Source: a virus. From it: a DNA stretch of 21,247 bases. The stretch spans positions 1-21,247 of the IMG/VR virus record IMGVR_UViG_3300038317_000206. One strand, written 5' to 3'. Position 1 is the first letter of the stretch. Each line of letters opens with the position of its first letter. The notes under the pieces are model-generated. The model saw only the letters and a list, made by a program, of their open reading frames with translations. It did not search any database and was not told the DNA's origin. Made by a program: the position numbers and the translations under genes. This document shows positions 16,601-21,247 of the stretch, piece by piece.

Positions 16601-16651
16601 AATATCCCCCATTCCATAAGCCTCTTCTTTATGTCTCGCATTTCGTAATCA
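16601..16651 (-). pseudogene. 3' remnant of a second integrase gene
   Basis: DYEMRDIKKRLMEWGIL versus DYEMRDIEKRLTEWGIL in the intact recombinase (15/17 aa); 16601-16653 matches 19084-19136 at 42/53 nt. Confidence 0.85.
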
Positions 16652-16690
16652 CTGACATACTCCACACGCTAAAGCATGTAGGCTTTCTGC
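16652..16690 (-). mobile_element. IS200/IS605-family (TnpB-type) right-end relic
   Basis: Minus strand GAAAGCCTACATGC-TTTA-GCGTGTGGAGTATGTCA: subterminal hairpin followed by GGAGTATGTCA, typical of IS605/IS1341 right ends. No tnpA or tnpB seen in the window. Confidence 0.65.
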
Positions 16691-16727
16691 CTTCGTACCG
16701 TAAATCCCCAACACCGTTTAGCTCGCA

Positions 16728-16853
16728 TCAAGCGATTACCTCTTCAATCTTCTTGCCAATTCCTGCTGACTTCACATGCTTGCATTTTTCAACAACAATA
16801 CTTAGTACATTTTCAGGATCGAATGTCAGGAACAAGCCCACTAATTTTAGGAG
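16728..16853 (-). pseudogene. C-terminal fragment paralogous to the gene at 21106..>21247
   Basis: DPENVLSIVVEKCKHVKSAGIGKKIEEVIA* versus DPENVLGLLVGRYPKIKGAHIQNKIDEVIA*, 16/30 identical and ungapped; no clean start of its own. Confidence 0.65.
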
Positions 16854-17190
16854 TTACATTCATCTTTAATTCACATCTAAAAGTGATTTTTTTAATAAGT
16901 TCCTTTATCTCAGTGCTCACTTCTATCGGATCAACTGTCAAGCTATCAATATTTTTTTGTAATAAAAAGAAAGCACACCCAATAGCCCCATCTACTACTT
17001 TCCTATCTTTCGGGTCCATATCTTTCCAAATAGCTTGCCAGTTTTGGATTTCGTTTAGTTGTTTCTGAATCTTGTCAACAATCCCCTGGGCATTATTCAT
17101 TTCAGAAGTTTCTGGACACAATTTAATAAGGGATTGCAAACCGCCGTTAATTACAGCTAAATCATGCTCGTCAAAGTCAATTAGTACCAT
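16813..17190 (-). CDS. Hypothetical protein (possibly the frameshifted N-terminal part of the 16728-16853 fragment)
   Basis: 125-aa ORF with GGAGG RBS; its 3' end overlaps the paralog fragment in another frame. Confidence 0.6.
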   Translation of the reverse strand: MVLIDFDEHDLAVINGGLQSLIKLCPETSEMNNAQGIVDKIQKQLNEIQNWQAIWKDMDPKDRKVVDGAIGCAFFLLQKNIDSLTVDPIEVSTEIKELIKKITFRCELKMNVTPKISGLVPDIRS

Positions 17191-17304
17191 TATTTTTCCT
17201 CCATCTTTTCAATATCATTACCTTCGTCATCAACAGCACATCGCACTTTCGTCAGTTACCGGCGCATCGAATTCACACCCACAACTACAAGCCCACAAAG
17301 CCAT
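17190..17304 (-). pseudogene. Tiny Cys-rich ORF, possibly frameshifted
   Basis: MALWACSCGCEFDAPVTDE with a GAGGTGA RBS stops at 17230; the +1 frame continues VRCAVDDEGNDIEKMEEK* to a TAATG overlap at 17190. Confidence 0.35.
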
Positions 17305-17324
17305 ATTGTTTCACCTCATTATAT

Positions 17325-17492
17325 TCAAAATGTTGTACGATTTGCTAACGATACAGCGCAAACATCACAATCAAAATCAATGAATAGGTCATCTCTGAAT
17401 CGCTTATCTCCATCTGGGTATATCGAAACGCTCTGTCTGTAGTCAAAGGAGTCTCCATTTGAAATTAAGTTTTCTCGTATTTGTAGAGTCAT
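17325..17492 (-). CDS. Small hypothetical protein (55 aa; not in ORF track)
   Basis: MTLQIRENLISNGDSFDYRQSVSIYPDGDKRFRDDLFIDFDCDVCAVSLANRTTF*; fills the gap in the operon. Confidence 0.5.
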   Translation of the reverse strand: MTLQIRENLISNGDSFDYRQSVSIYPDGDKRFRDDLFIDFDCDVCAVSLANRTTF

Positions 17493-17498
17493 TTCATT

Positions 17499-17972
17499 TC
17501 ACTCCCATAATCTCATAGGAGCTACCATATATGCACAGTCAGAATACTCAACAATCAACGGAATATCCTTACCACCCTTATATGACAGTGGATCACCAAG
17601 ATTCTCAACAACTTTCAAGGCGTACCACTGAGGATACAAGTATTTCATATCATCAGTATCCATTTCCTCTTTTTCGATCAGTTTGAAAGGCACTCCATCA
17701 ATCATGAACCTCTTATATAAATCCTCAATGCTGTCTACCTTCACTATCGTGTATTGGTCGTTTCTCAGAGTGGGTATTCCGTTTTTGGACCAGTCGATGT
17801 CAGGAACTAGATAATCCACAAGCCCTACATTTTCAAGTTCCTTTTTGTATGCAGACCAAGCAAGATCACATGAACCACATTGAAAACATTTATCACATGT
17901 TTGATGGTTTTCGTCATCTGCCGTGCATCTATCTAATAATGCATATTCGTTGTTTGTTGGGGGGAATATCAT
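17499..17972 (-). CDS. Hypothetical protein with N-terminal Cys cluster
   Basis: CDKCFQCGSC cluster; C-terminal PLIVEYSDCAYMVAPM; AGGAG RBS. Confidence 0.65.
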   Translation of the reverse strand: MIFPPTNNEYALLDRCTADDENHQTCDKCFQCGSCDLAWSAYKKELENVGLVDYLVPDIDWSKNGIPTLRNDQYTIVKVDSIEDLYKRFMIDGVPFKLIEKEEMDTDDMKYLYPQWYALKVVENLGDPLSYKGGKDIPLIVEYSDCAYMVAPMRLWE

Positions 17973-18065
17973 TTTAGATCAACTCCTTGAGCTTATCTCT
18001 CTCATAATTAATTTTATTCGTTCACTAGTTGACTTTTTTAGATGTATTGTAGTATCTGGCGTCAT

Positions 18066-18221
18066 TTATTTAAACTCCTTTTTTTCTTCAATCTTTATAT
18101 TTTTCCGACAGGTTGGGCATGTAATGTACACCCTTATGCCTGCCAAAATCATTCTTAGTTTGTTTCCTCGATAATTCCATTCATACCCACAAGCCGGGCA
18201 TGTAATTTCTTTGTATTCCAT
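18066..18221 (-). CDS. Zn-ribbon microprotein (51 aa; not in ORF track)
   Basis: MEYKEITCPACGYEWNYRGNKLRMILAGIRVYITCPTCRKNIKIEEKKEFK*; two CPxC knuckles. Confidence 0.75.
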   Translation of the reverse strand: MEYKEITCPACGYEWNYRGNKLRMILAGIRVYITCPTCRKNIKIEEKKEFK

Positions 18222-18227
18222 ACATAG

Positions 18228-18262
18228 TAATAGTCTTAATAGTATTAATAGTTATTTAAATA
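18228..18262 (-). promoter_or_regulatory. Promoter with three ACTATTA direct repeats (9-bp period) upstream of the Zn-ribbon gene
   Basis: TAATAGT at 18228, 18237 and 18246 on the plus strand, next to a TTTATTTAAATA TATA-like element on the minus strand. Confidence 0.45.
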
Positions 18263-18615
18263 AAAATAAGAAGTTTAAATACACTACAGTACAACTCTAT
18301 ACACTAATGTAAGAGTTAACGAAACTATCTAAACAAGTCTAAAACAATATCGAAATAATAGGCACCGAGTGCCACATAAAAAATGATATTTAATTTTGCT
18401 ATACGTTTCTCAATGTTTATTTACAAAAAAGTTTGGGTATATCGAAGACATGTTTAATATTCCTATATACTATGTAATTATTGGGAAAACAAACACATAG
18501 GGGAGAAATGAAAAGGTTAAAAGATTAGGTTTGATTAAAAAATAGAAATTAATTTTATAAGGGTTAACGTATGTTAAAAACGTTATTGGTATAACGATGT
18601 ATATACTTATACATT

Positions 18616-18801
18616 TTACTTAATATACGGAGATTTGCCCCTACTTATCCCTATATATTCAACAAAACTATTAAAAATACGATCTATAGCTTCATCTTTG
18701 GTGACTAAATCCTCTTTGTAATCCATCAACGTATTGTGTATAATACTTTTACATAAATTACTATCTAATATCAGAACTATTTTTGCATCATCTTCAGTCA
18801 T
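18616..18801 (-). CDS. Small hypothetical protein
   Basis: 61-aa ORF with ATGA overlap. Confidence 0.55.
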   Translation of the reverse strand: MTEDDAKIVLILDSNLCKSIIHNTLMDYKEDLVTKDEAIDRIFNSFVEYIGISRGKSPYIK

Positions 18802-19067
18802 TGTTTCTCAATCCATTCGACTGTAATTTTAAATTTCCCATTTGGAGTATAATATTCTTGTTCGTATCCGGTTTCGCATTTTTTCATTTTGGAATATAAT
18901 ACCCTTGCAACGATGTTATCCATCTGATCTTTTGATATAGGGTATCTATATTTTTCTTCACATCTTCTAATCCCGTTTTTTTCTTTATACACCCTAGTGC
19001 CGATGTACAACACGTCCTCATCTAGTATATCGGTTATAATTTGAGGCCCTTTTAACAATTCAGCCAT
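18798..19067 (-). CDS. Hypothetical protein
   Basis: 89-aa ORF directly after the recombinase, with RBS. Confidence 0.6.
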   Translation of the reverse strand: MAELLKGPQIITDILDEDVLYIGTRVYKEKNGIRRCEEKYRYPISKDQMDNIVARVLYSKMKKCETGYEQEYYTPNGKFKITVEWIEKQ

Positions 19068-19073
19068 TATTTT

Positions 19074-19661
19074 TCACTTCCTCAATATCCCCCATTCAGT
19101 TAATCTCTTCTCAATATCCCTCATTTCGTAATCAGTAAACGATAAACTCTGATAATGCCTTAAAGATGTTACAGGATCATGCCCCTGTCTCCCATATATT
19201 TCAATCTCAGGTATCCCACATTTCAGCATCCAGCTCTCAATAGTTTTCCTCGGAGTCTTCGGCCCTACTTTCGGCTCGATGCCCGCTTTTGCAGACCATC
19301 TTGATAAGTTCCTATTCCATGAGGTTCTATCAGGCGGTCTAGGAGCTTCCAGGAACGCCTTAAAAAGATAAGGAAATGTAGAAGGCAATTTGTCTATAGT
19401 CCTCTTTACAAGCTTCTGCTTAACCTTCTTCTGTGCGTCAGGCGGTAAGATAATCTGGTTTCTTTCTTTGTGATACCAGCCTGGATTATCATGCAGCCTT
19501 TGAAGCTCAATGTATCGCAGTCCTGTTATTACATTAAGCTCAAACGCCGGTCTATATGTTTTCTGCGGTTGTTTTTTTTCAGGGATAAACTGAATAAATT
19601 TATCATATTCTTGGACGGTTAGGACTTTTGTACCGTCGCCAGTTACTAGGCCGTTATCCAT
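19074..19661 (-). CDS. Short tyrosine recombinase/integrase (catalytic domain only, 195 aa)
   Basis: TGLRYIEL (catalytic R), PKTPRKT (KxxR in place of HxxR), QGH, and SLRHY (nucleophile Tyr). Confidence 0.88.
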   Translation of the reverse strand: MDNGLVTGDGTKVLTVQEYDKFIQFIPEKKQPQKTYRPAFELNVITGLRYIELQRLHDNPGWYHKERNQIILPPDAQKKVKQKLVKRTIDKLPSTFPYLFKAFLEAPRPPDRTSWNRNLSRWSAKAGIEPKVGPKTPRKTIESWMLKCGIPEIEIYGRQGHDPVTSLRHYQSLSFTDYEMRDIEKRLTEWGILRK

Positions 19662-19663
19662 TT

Positions 19664-19903
19664 TTATTTCCTCGCGTTCTTCTCAACTTCCAGCCTTAAA
19701 TTATTCCCACATTCGTGCAGTGTTGCAAACAAAGTGTATATAAACCAAAATCCCCCTGCTATTAAAATTAATATATTTGCGTAATGGATGCCGATGCAAA
19801 TCGCAGAAGCAGCCAAAAAAGGGGATATATCAAGGAAAGTCACTTTCCACATTCTCCGCACTCCCTTTCTCCGCAGATAAAGCATCTGACTATCTTCTGA
19901 CAC
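19664..19903 (-). CDS. Small membrane protein
   Basis: Two hydrophobic segments; the real start may be the downstream MWKV. Confidence 0.5.
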   Translation of the reverse strand: MSEDSQMLYLRRKGVRRMWKVTFLDISPFLAASAICIGIHYANILILIAGGFWFIYTLFATLHECGNNLRLEVEKNARK

Positions 19904-20169
19904 TGTACTTTATTTTTAAAATCGTTTTCCTCTTTCAATAATTGTTGATTCATTTGCTCAGACGTTTTGTTTGCAACTGAATTAAGAAGGGGAATCGCAG
20001 CAGTAAGTATATTGATGCTTTCTTGGTCGTGTAGATAACTAAAAGACTCGTGTATATTCCATGTAGCACTTGTTAATGCCTGTATAACTTTTTCAAAACA
20101 TATCACTTCATCAGATTTTATCATGCGTTTATTCACCTTTAATTTTCTATACACACTATACAGCAACAT
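19840..20169 (-). CDS. Hypothetical protein with C-terminal CxxC-CxxC Zn finger
   Basis: RCFICGERECGECGK at the C-terminus; the start may be the later MIKSD. Confidence 0.55.
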   Translation of the reverse strand: MLLYSVYRKLKVNKRMIKSDEVICFEKVIQALTSATWNIHESFSYLHDQESINILTAAIPLLNSVANKTSEQMNQQLLKEENDFKNKVQCQKIVRCFICGERECGECGK

Positions 20170-20186
20170 AATATAAAAAGGTTGCT
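20162..20186. promoter_or_regulatory. TATA-like element flanked by an AGCAAC/GTTGCT inverted repeat
   Basis: AGCAAC-ATAATATAAAAAG-GTTGCT. Confidence 0.35.
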
Positions 20187-20360
20187 ATTTTTAATTATAA
20201 AAATATGTATATCATCATGTAAGAAAATTTACTTATATACTTAAAAATGTTAATAGGAAAAACAACAACTTATTATCTTAAAAGGTAGTCATTGAGTCCA
20301 TTCTTCACCGTTGTACTCGCTGCAGTACAATAAAGCGACTACAAAAATAAAACCGTAAAT

Positions 20361-20558
20361 TCAACCCTCGGAATAGATATATTTTCCATGTTCTAACTCA
20401 CACATAAGCCCGCAATCGTCACCGTTATCTAATTTGCAATAATATACAGAACGCTCATCGAAACATCCTATTACGCGTTTTGGATTTGGTACTTTTCTAT
20501 CAAGGAAATATCGTTTTAGTAGATTTAATAACGATTGCATTTTAAAGCACCTTATCAC
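20361..20558 (-). CDS. Small Cys-containing hypothetical protein
   Basis: 65-aa ORF overlapping the upstream gene. Confidence 0.45.
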   Translation of the reverse strand: MIRCFKMQSLLNLLKRYFLDRKVPNPKRVIGCFDERSVYYCKLDNGDDCGLMCELEHGKYIYSEG

Positions 20559-20886
20559 TAACTATATGTGCTCCCTGCGGAACGATCAACCCAAGAGAAC
20601 ACCATCCAAATGAATAATACCCTAGAAGCCCGATAAAGCCCCACAATAAAGGATTGTGTAGGGCTCCGCGATGTTTAAACAGCTTATCTATAATCCATCC
20701 CAGTATAAACAGCCTTTTTCTCGAGCGTGAATTAGTATCCAGGTCGCAGGTGATAAACAACGTGCCGATTATCCAGAGTGTGATAAAAACGGAACTCTGT
20801 AAAATATCAAGATGTTGCCAGCCTAAAAAGAAAGTAGCTGGCAGTAACAGGAGAAAGTTTAAGCGTTCATGGTTTTTTCCGTTCAT
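20542..20886 (-). CDS. DUF2227-like membrane metal-binding protein
   Basis: CDLDTNS...HRGALH...HIVSD motifs set among hydrophobic helices. Confidence 0.65.
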   Translation of the reverse strand: MNGKNHERLNFLLLLPATFFLGWQHLDILQSSVFITLWIIGTLFITCDLDTNSRSRKRLFILGWIIDKLFKHRGALHNPLLWGFIGLLGYYSFGWCSLGLIVPQGAHIVSDKVL

Positions 20887-21096
20887 TTATTCCCCAGCAG
20901 CCTCATATGTCATTTTAAAAATATCATCCTGTATAGCCCATCTTTCCCCTTTCGCTCCGGTTGCTATCCAGCCATTTAGAGGGATGTATAGCCGACCTTC
21001 GAGAGTATCGAGATATGGTCCTTTCTCGTCTATTCCATCTTCAAGTCCTGGGCGGTACTGTCCAGCTTCAATTAATGCGGTTTTTCTGTGTTTCAT
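20887..21096 (-). CDS. Conserved small phage protein (TLEG...GE.W...DIF..TYE family)
   Basis: LDTLEGRLYIPLNGWIATGAKGERWAIQDDIFKMTYE; GAGGTGA RBS. Confidence 0.7.
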   Translation of the reverse strand: MKHRKTALIEAGQYRPGLEDGIDEKGPYLDTLEGRLYIPLNGWIATGAKGERWAIQDDIFKMTYEAAGE

Positions 21097-21105
21097 TGCA
21101 TCACC

Positions 21106-21247
21106 TCAAGCTATAACCTCGTCAATCTTATTCTGAATATGAGCCCCCTTTATCTTTGGATACCTTCCAACTAAAAGCCCCAATACATTCTCAGGGTCAG
21201 CATTTACGGCGACATAATGATAATTCCATTTGTTATCGGTGTACTTA
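21106..21247 (-). CDS. Partial hypothetical gene running off the window edge
   Basis: ...KYTDNKWNYHYVAVNADPENVLGLLVGRYPKIKGAHIQNKIDEVIA*; paralog fragment at 16728-16853. Confidence 0.65.
   Translation of the reverse strand, partial: KYTDNKWNYHYVAVNADPENVLGLLVGRYPKIKGAHIQNKIDEVIA

Larger units (their letters stand above)
1..21247. mobile_element. Fragment of an archaeal tailed virus/provirus (Caudoviricetes-like), possibly mosaic or two nested/tandem relatives
   Basis: TerS, TerL, portal, gp7-like head protein, tyrosine recombinase and many small overlapping ORFs; archaeal TATA promoters; no host housekeeping genes recognised. Confidence 0.9.

Noticed and set aside
17499-17560. PCNA/sliding-clamp-like C-terminus (PL...Y.VAP)
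   Set aside because: The protein is too short and the rest shows no clamp pattern; left as hypothetical.
18361-18373. GGCACCGAGTGCC resembling the tracrRNA 3' hairpin
   Set aside because: Only a 5-bp hairpin; no cas9 gene, anti-repeat or array nearby.

Overview
The window looks like part of an archaeal tailed virus or provirus. TATA-box promoters, GGAG/GAGGTGA ribosome-binding sites and ATGA/TAATG gene overlaps suggest a methanogen-like host, but the host is only inferred. From left to right: (1) several HTH regulator genes; (2) a 221-bp AT-rich segment flanked by a perfect 30-bp inverted repeat; (3) small and large terminase; (4) a ~7.5-kb accessory cassette between terminase and portal, encoding a SNF2 helicase split by a class-3-type LAGLIDADG intein, a GNAT, a DUF3440/PAPS-reductase-like + ParB-like pair and a Cas4/RecB-like nuclease; (5) portal and a gp7/Mu-F-like head protein; (6) a compact regulatory module; (7) leftward small genes that include relics of a second integrase, an IS200/IS605 right end and a paralog fragment; (8) an intact short tyrosine recombinase and further accessory genes. 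The best candidate for an undescribed system is the regulatory module at 15002-16218. A structured ~80-nt RNA (minus strand, 15002-15081) has two loop regions that are complementary, in the right order and spacing, to the 5' leader/RBS of the operon 800 bp upstream. That operon starts at a 53-bp near-palindromic divergent promoter facing an RHH-like repressor. All motif calls were made by eye, with no database search.
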